Source: Eledone cirrhosa (taxonomy: Eukaryota). From it: a stretch of DNA of 64,000 nucleotides. Below the pieces are notes generated by a model. It did no database searches, was not told where the DNA came from, and was given only the letters and a program-made list of their open reading frames with translations. Shown here in pieces: positions 15,377-26,833 of the stretch (the stretch's first letter is position 1; every line of letters starts with the position of its first letter). The DNA lies in contig OZ024742.1 of the NCBI GenBank assembly GCA_964016885.1, positions 183,520,001 to 183,584,000 on the forward strand, in the 5' to 3' direction. A program made the position numbers and the translations under genes.

Positions 15377-15511
15377 CATCATTTTACCATCGTTTCTAGG
15401 ATGTATATGTGTGTAGGTATGTATATCATATAGATCTATGTAAAAATATTACAAATTATCAGAGGAAATATACATACCTTCACATATACATGCTGTCTTC
15501 AGAAAATGATG
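15377..15511 (-). ncRNA. Type I hammerhead with long helix II and helix I extended into a ~63-bp inverted repeat (15322-15384/15503-15566)
   Basis: Minus strand: CATCATTTT-CTGAAGA-cagcATGTATATGTGaAGGTATGTATAT..ATATACATACCT..CACATATACATccta-GAAA-CGATGG-TA-AAATGATG. Confidence 0.65.
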
Positions 15512-15567
15512 AATTTTTTAATATAAGGAACTTGTTCTTTGTTTTTATTTCATTGTTTTTATTAATA

Positions 15568-15644
<77 letters not shown>

Positions 15645-15676
15645 AGATCAAAAGATGGTTAAAGGAGTTCCATGTA

Positions 15677-15743
15677 TTTTATTATGCGCATTTCAAAAAC
15701 AAACATCATCATGCAATAATATTTGTGTTTTCATCAGATAAAA
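15677..15743 (-). ncRNA. Minimal type I hammerhead (left arm of palindrome)
   Basis: Reverse complement of 15849-15915. Confidence 0.75.
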
Positions 15744-15848
15744 CAGGAGAACATGATATGAAGGCTAAAAAACACTTGTGGATAGTGCAGTTTTAAATCA
15801 ACTGCACTATCCACAAGTGTTTTTTAGCCTTCATATCATGTTCTCCTG

Positions 15849-15915
15849 TTTTATCTGATGAAAACACAAATATTATTGCATGATGATGTTTGTTTTTGAA
15901 ATGCGCATAATAAAA
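15849..15915 (+). ncRNA. Minimal type I hammerhead
   Basis: TTTTAT-CTGATGA-AAACAcAAATATT..TGTTTGTTTTT-GAAA-TGCGCA-TA-ATAAAA; helix I 6 bp, palindromic helix III AUGCGCAU, AUA site at 15909. Confidence 0.78.
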
Positions 15916-16038
15916 TACATGGAACTCCTTTAACCATCTTTTGATCTTATATTATGCATACTCCAGTCCTACAAACTGTAGAGTGGTTCTTATCCGATAT
16001 CTGCATTGCTTTATTGTACTACAATAAAACTCACCTCC

Positions 16039-16131
<93 letters not shown>

Positions 16132-16239
16132 GGTGTAGACATGCATACATAGTCTTCGTTTATTCTTTATCAAAAAAATTACATTTCATGATGTTTTCTT
16201 TTAGCTATTAAAAACTATGAATAAATTTTAATCTTTATG

Positions 16240-18020
16240 ATGTTAAATTCCAGTGTAGCTCATTGCAGGTTATCCAATGTGATATTAATGCAAAACACAT
16301 TGACTCAATTATACACTTGATATAATAAAAAACAACACCAGTGCAACACCTCTGAAAATAGTGCTATTAGCATAAAACCTTCAAGTAAAGCTAAAGTATC
16401 AAGAACTTAGGGATGTATTTCAATGTTTATTAGCTGTCATTCAGTTGCTGTAAATACAGACAATCTGGTTGGCCTCCGTAAAAATATAAACGACAACGAC
16501 ACAACTGCCCAATTAAAAGTGCATCGTACTAAGTGTTCGGAAATTATCAAAACTGTCATCTGTAACTACATTGAGGAGGAACTAATTAGTGATGTAGGAG
16601 ATAACACGTTCTGTTTATTGCTGAATAAATCTAATGATAAAACTGTAAACGAAATCCCGAGAATTGTAATAATTTACTTTAGTAGTACATACATTAAGGT
16701 AGTTTCTACATATCTAAGTTTAGTAGAATTAGAAAAGTGTCATGCAGAACGTTGCTAAGGAGCGGATTGGAAATAGAGAAACTTGTTGATATAGTTACCG
16801 ACGTTGCAAGTGTGATGAGAGGAATCAATAATAGAGTTTATCAAAAGCTAAAAATTGAAATTCCTTCACTTGATTTAGTGAAACACACATGTCACTTACT
16901 CCAGTTAGCTATGTCACATGCCTCCTCGGAATACTTTCAAAGATGTTTAAAATTTATAGTATCTGAGATACATAAATGGTTTGCCTATTCATCAACAGGG
17001 CAGTTAGCTATCAATTAATAAATGAAGATAAATTGCCTCTGAAAATTCCTATGAACAGCAAAACAAGGCGGTTGTCCATTGAACTTGCTGTGGAAAGAAC
17101 TATTTCTCAATGGTTAGAATTTAAAAACACTCATTGAAATCTCAAGATGTTCAGAAAAACTGAATATGTCCGAAGTGTTGTATGGTAAGCATTCTGATGA
17201 GAAGAATCTAGTATGTTTACTTTTCATACACCTAATACTTGAAGAAGTGAAGTCTGTGAATAAATCATTTGAATCTAACAATACTGATAAACTAAAATTA
17301 CCGAAAGATCTAACATTGTTTCTAAAATCATGTGGGAATAAATTAATCCTTCCAACTCATAAGGTTGAGGTACTAACTAGTAACACTGAAGAATTTATAG
17401 ATCTTAAGCCATATTTAGGCTATAGATTTTAAAATAAAATTGACAAATTAAGGAACGATGGTAGAATTACAGACAGCGGATAATTATGCATCAGGAAGCA
17501 ATGTCAACAGTTTTTGTTGTGTACTATCAAAACAACTATCAAAACAAAAGCCACCTGAAAAATTTTAATTTTTAAAGAGCATATTTCTCTGAAAAATGTT
17601 CTTCAACCCTTTAAAGAATATAACTCTTTTAATAAATTAATGAAAATCTTAGGGATCACAGATGCTACCATAGCTTCTGTACTGTATCAATTTAAAAAAA
17701 TCATTTAGTAGCAAGGACAAATAACATTGAAACTGAGAAGTTTTGAAGTGAAGTACATCAATATAGAGATGTTCATGGCATAAACCGTTTCAAGAGATCA
17801 CAGCCCCTGTTATTACAACCTCGATATTTCCTCACTCCAATGCATAAGTTGAAAGACTATTTAGATGCATGAACAATGTAAAATCAATGTTAAGAAATAA
17901 AATGCAATTGAAGATTTTGCATGCAATTATGTGCATAAAATTTGGTTTAATGATGCATAACAAATCTTGCTGAAACTATGAACTCCTCAATAAAGTGCTG
18001 AATAATGTTGGGACATTAGA
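16240..18020 (+). pseudogene. Decayed hAT transposase (ZMYM1/ZNF862-like branch) with stops and frameshifts
   Basis: Fragments HRTKCSEII, FCLLLNKSND (first catalytic D region), VTDVASVMRG, HTCHLLQLA (CxxH), TRRLS, and C-terminal FPHSNA*VERLFRCMNNVKSMLRNKM (hATC dimerisation motif, ~17827-17905). Confidence 0.88.
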
Positions 18021-18078
18021 GGCACTGCTGATGATGACACTGGACACAAATAAAGTATGGACTATCTACAAGTCTTGG

Positions 18079-18213
18079 ATAGTTACGTCCCTTTACGGTA
18101 TGAGTTCAAATCCCGCCGAGGTTCACTTTGCCTTTCATCCTTACGGGGTCGATAAAATAAAGTACCAGTAATGTACTGGGTAATTGCTGGCCTTGTGCCA
18201 AATGTAGAAACAG
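18079..18213 (+). mobile_element. tRNA-derived SINE, 5'-truncated
   Basis: Matches 50146-50280. Confidence 0.9.
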
Positions 18214-20297
18214 TTATTAACATTAATATGCTGTTATGGTATGGATCACTGGGAAACAAATCTTTCTTCGGGTATTTTAGCAGGTTGTCGATTAAATTGA
18301 ATAAAAATGCTGGAAAAACCTTACAAAAATACTGGAAAATTGTAGAAAATGCATGAGTTCTTTTACAGAAATGCTGGGAGAAAACTGCATGGATACCAGC
18401 CCGCCTGAAACTACCCCTGGTTTTACGATAAAACATTATGACATATTGTTTATATTTATCTTAATTTTATTGTGTGTGTGTATGTAACATTCCATCTTAA
18501 TTTTATTGTGTGTGTGTGTGTATGTGTATGTTAATATCAATTGTATTATTATAAAACGATTTTAACTTTATAATAAATGATGGCATTCCTATATAAAATA
18601 GCGTCTGAAATTATTTATTTGACTCTGGTTTTTGTTTAAATAGTCATAGAGTTGGTCATATACAAGTGTGTGGAGAGTGTCATGAGTAAACCAACATGAG
18701 CAAGTCTTTTTTTCTCAGCTTTTCGAATAAGCTAGAAGACCACCCAAATCAAACGCGGGAGAACTACTAAAATGCTGGAATTTTCGGCAGTTTGCATGAA
18801 TATATGCTGAGTAAGCAAATACTTGAATTCTTGCATAATGATTAACAAGCCTACATTAGTAGTATTTTAATACTCTTAATTTCAACTTGTGTATAGCGTT
18901 TTACACATTGATATTCCAGCAATAATTCTAGCTAAAATAATGTGAAATCTATCTAATTCTAGCAATAAATCATGCTATACCTTTTTTGCAGTTGACACTT
19001 CTGTTTCTAACTCCTTGGTCTTACTGTTAATATAGTCTTAGTAAATGTCTGGTGGGTGTAAAACAAATTAGAACGAGATAAGCATTTGTCATTGTTTGGT
19101 AAGGGTAGGGCGTTGGAATAGTTAGCTCAAATCCATGAATTCACCGGGGAAGAAAAGTTTTTTTTACATATGATATGGACCAAATGATAAAGAAAAGTAA
19201 TTGTCACGCGCGCGCACATCCACCTATATATATACACAGTATATCTACTGAGCTACATAAACACAAACGCACACACACATATATATGTGTGTGTGTGTGT
19301 TAAGTATTTCCGTGGAAAAGGTATAGGAAAGAAGAATGCTCTCTCTCTATATGTATAAATATATATATATATATATGGATATATACAGAGAGTGAGAAAG
19401 AGAGAGAGAGATAGAGAGAGTGAGAGAAAGAGAGAGAGGGTGAGAGAGAGAGAGATATTGGTTTACGAAGCTAGTCGAAGAGAATCGGTGCAGCCATGGC
19501 TGTCTCTTACTCACTTAATCGTATAAAAAGTTTATACTTTAGAAATACAAACCGACACATGCGTTAATCAGGAAGATAAACGACTACGTGTGGGTAATGA
19601 TATTTGTATATCTTATACACCCGGACTGATAAGCAGTTTCTGTGTTCAGTCTGTCAACAATAGTTCCAACTGGAACCATTATTCACAGTAGTTAAGTAAT
19701 ATCAACAGACGTTACGTAATTTAGTACCGGATGCACTTCTTTGGTGATCGCCTCCCAAGAATGTGTGTGTGTATATATATACACAAGGGAATGGGTAACT
19801 GAGACTGCCAATGTGTCTGTAAATATACACATTTTTAATATATAAATTCTCAGAAATATGAATTTCCCCACAAATTGAGAAAAAAGCGATTAACACATTT
19901 AATTCCTTTTCTGACCTAGTTGGATCTTCACCAGAAGATGCGTATATCATCTAAACAACTAAATATAACTTTATTGTACACTTTGGCTGCTTAGCGCACT
20001 ACTTAATACATATCTTCTTTAACTACCAACACGGGTGCTAATAATATGCAAATTAGTACGTCCATTTTAGGATAAAATTATCAGCCAATGGGTATATAAG
20101 TCCATCAAATAGGCGTTGCCTTGTGTTTCTTTAGAGGATACACATCTGATAAAGTCCGAAATTCAATTAAAAGTGTTTATAATTTTTTCAGTTTACGGGG
20201 AAATTCGTACTTGCGACATGTTCACATGTCTATATATTAAAAATGTGTATATGTATATACATATTGGCGCAGTTCGTACATATACCTGTTAGTTCTT

Positions 20298-20495
20298 TCT
20301 TTACTTTGGTATTGTGTGGTTGGGTTTTGCCTACCGCAATGTTCAATTTGTCAAGCTATTTAAACGTATGTTATTACTCTAAGGACATACCCTTATTGAG
20401 TGCTTTGCTAACTCATTCATATTGTAGGTCGACTTTGCTTGCCCACAGCCAAAGCTTCGATTTTACTAAGCTTCCACTTGTTTATATATATACGT
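20298..20495 (+). repeat. ~190-bp interspersed repeat (copy at 38706-38888), probable pLTR 3' part
   Basis: Near-identical copies, both ending in TA repeats and containing TATTGAGTGC; degenerate HHR-like motif upstream at 20142-20221. Confidence 0.8.
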
Positions 20496-20498
20496 GTA

Positions 20499-20664
20499 CA
20501 TAAACTTCGTTATTGAGTACTTTTTCTCTTTTCCGGAAAAGAGAAAAAGTACTCAATACCGAAGTTTATGCCTCAGCAATGAGTCTTGTTACTCTGGAGT
20601 TTTATCTGCACACTCGCAGGACCATCAGACCAGATGAAGCTCCAAAGTAACAAGACTCACTACT
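20499..20664. repeat. Two adjacent hairpins (20499-20570 palindrome; 20576-20664 stem-loop)
   Basis: CATAAACTTCG..CTTTTCC|GGAAAAG..CGAAGTTTATG; TGAGTCTTGTTACT..AGTAACAAGACTCA. Confidence 0.85.
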
Positions 20665-20683
20665 TAGCAGTAGCAATAATAAT

Positions 20684-21285
20684 GGTTTCTGATTGAGGCA
20701 CAAGGCCAGCAATTTGAGGGAGGGGAAAGTCGATTAAATCGACCCCACTATGTTACTGGTGCTTTATTTTATCGACCCCCGTAAGGGTGAAAGGCAAAGC
20801 TAATCTAGGCGGGATTTGAACTTAGAACATAAAGGGCCGTAACTCTATGCTACAAAGCATGGTGTTTGACGCTCTACCGATACTGCCAAAGCACCACTCT
20901 TAATAATAAAAATAATAATAATTCTTTCTACTTTTGGCACAAGGCCAGCAATTAGCCCAGTTTATCTTATCGACCCCATAGGGATGAAAGGCAAAGTTAA
21001 CCATTGCGGGATTTGAACTCAGGCTGTAAAGGGCCGTAACTCTATGTTGCAAAGCATAGTGTCCGACCCTTTACTGATACTGCCAATCCACCATAATAAA
21101 TAATAATTGTTTCTATTTTTGGCACAAGGCCAGCAATTATCCTAGTGCATTACTGGTACTTTATTCCATCGACAATGTAAGGATGAAAGGCAAAGTTAAC
21201 CTCGGCAGGATTTGAACTCAGACCGCAAGGGGATGCAACTCTATGCTGCAAAGCATGGAGTCCGACCCGCTACTGATACTGCCAA
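20684..21285 (-). mobile_element. Three tandem SINE copies with (TAA)n tails
   Basis: Copies at 20684-20897, 20922-21092 and 21107-21285. Confidence 0.92.
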
Positions 21286-21559
21286 GTTTGCTTGAAGCAT
21301 TGTGAAATATGAAAATGAAAAGTGAGTATGTTTAGAAAGCCATACAATGCTCGTGGGTTAGAATTACCAAGGTAGTAAGTTGGAAGTGAACTGAAAGAGA
21401 TGAGGTAGAAAGAAAAAAATGGGAGAAAAATAAAAATAAAAGAAAATAATGGCTGAAAGTTACCATAACAATTTATTAGTCCCAAATGTTTCGGATTTTC
21501 ATCCATTATCAATGGTGTGGGTGGGTTTCAGAGATATCAGAGATTTTCTTCATGATAGT

Positions 21560-22670
21560 TGTTTATTTTTTTATGTTTTAAATTTCGAAATTTAAAAAAT
21601 AAGCATTGACTTTCTATCGAACACATTGAAAGAAATCCTGCTTAAATCAGCGGGTGCTTTTAAAACAGTTTCAAAAGTACCCGCTTCCCGAAACACAGCT
21701 CTATCTAGATTCTGCAAATTGTGTATTGAGGACATTTTTTTATATACTTAACTGTAAAAACTCAATTAATCTAAGAACAAATTTATTTAATTCTTGTAGA
21801 CATCGCCAGAATTCAACATTCAGAACTATATATAACTTATAATTATACTTATAATATTCCTATTAATCTCCATAACAATCTCATCTACTTGGTTTTAATA
21901 TATTGATATCTCTAAATCATAATAACGCTAACATTTGTTGTATTTTCATATAATATATACGTATATAATTTTTTTAAATTTTAATTTTAATAATTTTTTA
22001 TTTCTTTAAAAATTACTTATCTCTTAAAAAAAATTTTTTTTTAAAAGATTTTTTAAAACTTTTCTCAAAAACTTTTTCAAAATTTTTCTCAAGATTTTAA
22101 AAAATTAAAAAAAAATGTTTTCAATATTTTTTTCAATATTTTTTTCAATATTTTTTCAATATATTTTTTTAATATATATTTTCAATATTTTTTCAATATT
22201 TTTTTCAATATATTTTTCAATATTTTTTCAATAATTTTTTCAATATTTTTTCAATATATTTTTTCAATATATATTTTCAATATTTTTTCAATATTTTTTC
22301 ACTAACTGATTCTGGCTAAATGTATCTTAAACATCCATACTTATTTTGACTAAATAGTCTCACACTAACAAATAAATAAATAAAACTGGAGTTTTTTCCT
22401 TATCTTCCCTTTTCAATCATATAAATATAAATATTCTTACTTAACTCAGTTAATTTAATTTAATTTAATTTTAAATTATTCTCAATTTTAAATACATATT
22501 TATTTACATAAAATACAAAACCAATACCCCTCATAACTCATTAGAACAACTATCTATAACATGATATACCCATCTATTTATTTATTTATCTACTTATAAA
22601 CGAATGAAAAATATATTATAAACAAATTTTAAACAACGTAATCGTAAAATATCCTTTTAATATAAATACA
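21560..22670 (+). mobile_element. Penelope-like element remnant: GIY-YIG C-terminus plus AT-rich 3' region (paralog 58460-59305)
   Basis: [34 protein letters not shown] matches the CxLC..LN.R.E....CRH tail of PLE endonucleases. Confidence 0.75.
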
Positions 22671-22674
22671 CATA

Positions 22675-22781
22675 ATTGTTTTTACTTTAGGCACAAGGCC
22701 AGCAATTACCCAGTGGATTACTGGTACTTTATTTTATCGACCCCATAAGGATGAAAGGCAAAGTCAACCTCGGCAGGATTT
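22675..22781 (-). mobile_element. SINE 3' half
   Basis: Matches SINE consensus. Confidence 0.88.
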
Positions 22782-22842
22782 CCCTCAAATTAACGTTATA
22801 TGATTTTTTTTTATTCTGCTTCGCTTTTTTCCTTCTTCTTCT

Positions 22843-22906
<64 letters not shown>

Positions 22907-23097
22907 ATTTTGTCCTTCTTCTCTTCTCTCTTCTCTCTCTCCATGGTCGTTTAAATAAACGGTTGTTTTTCAATTATTTACATATTCATTTGCATATTCA
23001 CCCATAAGTTTGAAAAATCCCTAATACATTTCCACTATCCAGAGAATATCCAACTGATAAGGTATGGGTATGTCTCTATTTATAAAACAAACTTTGC

Positions 23098-23158
23098 ATT
23101 TTATCTGAAGAAAGCGCACCAAAGTCTTTTGGTACCCTTGAAATATATATAATAAAAT
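23098..23158 (+). ncRNA. Minimal type I hammerhead (family A, CUGAAGA)
   Basis: ATTTTAT-CTGAAGA-AAGcgcACCAAAG tc TTTTGGTaccCTT-GAAA-TATATA-TA-ATAAAAT. Confidence 0.8.
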
Positions 23159-23394
23159 AAATATGGTTTTATAAATATAGTTTCCATTTATTTAATATCA
23201 TTGAATATTTACTCCAGTAACTTGTTGGGTGCTCTAAATCAGTTATAAACATTTATATTTATATTTATATTTGTCGGATTTCCAACAAATTAAATACCCC
23301 TTCTACTTATACCACCACCACCCCACTCTCAAGAGCGTGAAACTAATAAACCTTTGTTCGTACTGCCTCTCTGTTTTGTTCCCGTTCAATTTTT

Positions 23395-23477
<83 letters not shown>

Positions 23478-24142
23478 TAGATAGATAGATAGAGATATAT
23501 TTAGGTGTGTGTGTGTGTTTGTGTGTGTGTGAATCTGTGTGCGTGTGCATGTAAGTGAGTGGCTGTGTTTGTGTGCATGTGTGTGAGTGTATGTGTGTGT
23601 GCGTATATAAGTTTGTGTGTGCGTGTGTGTGTGCATACAGCAGAGATAGAACCATATGTTTAATAACTCTGATGTTTAAACTAGTTGTGCAAATAAACCC
23701 CCATGATTAAACCACAGATCTCTCAACAGTCGGGTACAAAGATCTTATTTCTGTCTCATTGAAAATCTATCTATGTTTTCCACGTAAGTGTTTTTGTGTG
23801 AGCAAACATCGTTGCTAAATTGTGAATCTAGATTCAGGCAATTATACTCGCTACACGTAAAATAATTCTTATTTTCCGGTTTTCTCAACGCAACACTAAT
23901 TTTTCCCCTGCATTTCTTAAACGCGACAGCCGGTCGGCTTTTCTTTTTTTAAATAAATCAATTTTATCTAAGGATTATTCAGAGACTGAAGTAGACCTCA
24001 TACAAATGGAGTCAACATTCTTATTTAATACTAGAGTGTAACGCTATCCTTTTAGTTGGTGTATTTGTCAGTGATATTGGAGTTTTCTATATGGTGATTA
24101 TTTGATTATATTTGATTATTTGATATATACATATATATATGT

Positions 24143-24184
<42 letters not shown>

Positions 24185-24467
24185 GAGTCCCGGGTTCAAT
24201 CGGTGGGCAACCACAGTAAGGTGCTCAATAGATTAGTAGAGTGTTACCATTAAGTTTAATATAGCTTCTATATGGCTTCTACAGGACTAAAACTGTTTCA
24301 TTCGAAAGAAATGATCAGAGTTTTCCTGATGATTTCTTTGGAACGAAATAGTTCTAATTTTGACATACCTTAAACATTACAACTTCCATTTAAAAAGTTG
24401 ATTTTTAAATGGAAGTTGTAATGTTTAAGGTATGTCAAATTCATTTATAAAACGGTTTATATATTGT

Positions 24468-24531
24468 ATTTTGTCTGAGGAAGGCATACCATATTTTTAA
24501 TATGATATCCCTGAAATATATATAATGAAAT
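24468..24531 (+). ncRNA. Minimal type I hammerhead (family A, CUGAGGA), unit 1
   Basis: ATTTTGT-CTGAGGA-AGGcATAcCATATT tt tAATATGaTATcCCT-GAAA-TATATA-TA-ATGAAAT; site after 24524. Confidence 0.78.
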
Positions 24532-24647
24532 AAATATGGTTTGACATACCTTAAACATTACAACTTCCATTTAAAAGTTGATTTTTAAATAGAGGTTGTA
24601 ATGTTTAAGGTATGTCAAATTTATTTATAAAACGGTTTATATATTGT

Positions 24648-24711
24648 ATTTTGTCTGAGGAAGGCATACCATATTTTTAATATGATATCCCTGAAATATA
24701 TATAATGAAAT
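24648..24711 (+). ncRNA. Minimal type I hammerhead (family A, CUGAGGA), unit 2
   Basis: Identical to unit 1; site after 24704. Confidence 0.78.
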
Positions 24712-24977
24712 AAATATGGTTTTATAAATATAGTTTCCATTTGTTTAATATCGTAAACCAACTCCAAAACTTGTTGAGTGCTTTTATATCAGTTATAAAA
24801 TATTTACTCGTTGTAACCCAACAATTTTAAATAAAACTTTTGCATATATATATATATATATATATATAAGTGGTTACACAACAGTTAGTTCGTTCACCAT
24901 ACCGAGAACTTCTACCTAACTCGTCCCATGGACTGAGTGCTCTACCACTACGGATATTACCTTCCAGTGTTCTACCA

Positions 24978-25013
<36 letters not shown>

Positions 25014-25023
25014 GTTCTACCAT

Positions 25024-25110
<87 letters not shown>

Positions 25111-25531
25111 TTATATAATTATAAGTTATAAGTTTGAAGAACAGTCAGATAAAATATATCCAATTTTTCTTCTTAGTCCGTAGAAATTAACTAGACAATA
25201 ATCATTTAAACGGAGCTAAGTTTAAAATATAACTTCGAAAAAATAACAGACAAATGACAGACTATACCCCGCAAGGAACAGTCAGATAAAATTTACCTAG
25301 TCTTTCTTCTTAGCCCGTAGAAATTAACTAGACAATAATCATTTAAACGGAGCTAAGTTTAAAATACAAGTTTGAAGAAAAAATGCATATAAACTTTATC
25401 AAAATTCTTCTAGTCCCGACTATCGATAGTTTCGCTCGTACTTTGTGGATATATCCGATCCTGGTATTATCCATGAGGTTTCGAGCTTATAAAGACACTC
25501 CCTCAAGAGGACTAAAATTTCTTCACTGATA

Positions 25532-25596
<65 letters not shown>

Positions 25597-25837
25597 CAAA
25601 TTTAGACGGGAATAAAACAGAGAGGCAGACAAATAAAGGTTTATTAGGTTCACGCTCTTGAGAGTGTGGTGGTGGTGGTGGTGGTGCGGGGAGGTTTCGG
25701 GCATAAACCCTTCTTCAGGAGTAAATAGGTTAGGAAGAGAGTTCCGAGGGTGTGTGGAAATACGTGTGTATGAATGTATGTATGTATCTATGTATGCATG
25801 TATGTATGTAGCTATGTATGTATATACATATACATAT

Positions 25838-26441
25838 GCCAGGTCACCAGTTGGTGCTACTGGTAACATGTATCCCAGTACAACCTGTCTCATGGTCGGG
25901 CCGTTGGCGACTAAACTGGCAACCCCACCAAGGTTTCTTGGTGAGGAGGGTGACTTTGGACATCCCGCAGGACTAAAAACAAAACCTGTCAAAGGGCAAA
26001 GGAGCTCTTAAGAGTCAATGGCCATCCAAAATCACCGGGAGAGATGACCCCTTAGCCTTTGACAAGGCAGAATTCTAGAAGGAAAACTCTGATATAACAC
26101 CTGCAACCCTGATGGTATCCAATGATGTTGACTTGTTCTTCTTTTTGGTAAATATCATCTTGGTTAAGAGAGTGGGACTGGCTTTGTGCAGTGCCCTTAC
26201 TCACTATAAAAGCTTCACGGCACAGGCATTGCTTTATATCTGGAGATCTCTCTGCACTTGTCATCACATGGTACCATGGGCCCAGCACTGTGTGTCAATA
26301 ATTGTCACAAGTGTAGTGTTTGTACCAGAGTTTTCCAGTCGCTGGATGGACTAAAAAGTCACACTCGTTCAGCGCATCGGTAGGGGTTCTCCTACATGGA
26401 TATAAAGTAGTGGCCGTACTCGAAAACGAGTTGGCAGCCAC
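25838..26441 (+). mobile_element. ~600-bp non-autonomous bipartite RTE derivative (full-length copy)
   Basis: Reverse complement of the units at 62049-63810; 3' part encodes a decayed C2H2 finger (CHKCSVCTRVF.SLAG.KSH) like the C-terminus of the neighbouring RTE; ends in hairpin GTGGCC..CTCGAAAACGAG..GCCAC. Confidence 0.85.
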
Positions 26442-26454
26442 TATATACATATAC

Positions 26455-26497
26455 ATGATGGCTGCCCCCTCGTTATCGAGTATGGCCATTGCACGAG
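26455..26497 (-). mobile_element. RTE 3'-terminal hairpin, probably the displaced tail of the LINE at 26823-28927
   Basis: Minus strand CTCGTGCAATGGCCATACTCGATAACGAGGGGGCAGCCATCAT, homologous to the tail of the non-autonomous element. Confidence 0.6.
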
Positions 26498-26524
26498 AAG
26501 AAAAAAAAAAAAAAAAAATAATAA

Positions 26525-26563
<39 letters not shown>

Positions 26564-26672
26564 AAAAAAATGTATATATATATATATATATATATATACA
26601 TACATACATATATACATACACACATACATACACATACACACACACATATACACACACACATACATTAATAAC

Positions 26673-26712
<40 letters not shown>

Positions 26713-26791
26713 GCAATAATAATAATAACGACAACAACAATAATAATATACATATTCATATATATATACACACACACGCACGCACATAAGC

Positions 26792-26825
<34 letters not shown>

Positions 26826-26833
26826 GATAGCTA

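Larger units (their letters stand above)
15638..15954. repeat. Near-perfect ~317-bp palindrome (7-nt loop 15793-15799), one hammerhead per arm
   Basis: Arms 15638-15792 and 15800-15954 are reverse complements. Confidence 0.95.
24359..24720 (+). repeat. Tandem dimer of a 180-bp unit = ~38-bp perfect hairpin + hammerhead
   Basis: 24360-24540 repeated at 24541-24720; hairpin 24359-24439. Confidence 0.92.

Noticed and set aside
18395-18420. Right TIR of the hAT element
   Set aside because: Plausible ending (..CTACCCCTG) but no matching left TIR or TSD found
25838-25925. HDV-like ribozyme at the 5' end of the RTE derivative (CCAGT..ACC tgtctcat GGT..CGAC-TAA-ACTGG)
   Set aside because: P2-, P3- and J4/2-like pieces are visible and RTEs are known to carry HDV-like ribozymes, but I could not place P1 or P1.1; it needs a descriptor search on the consensus
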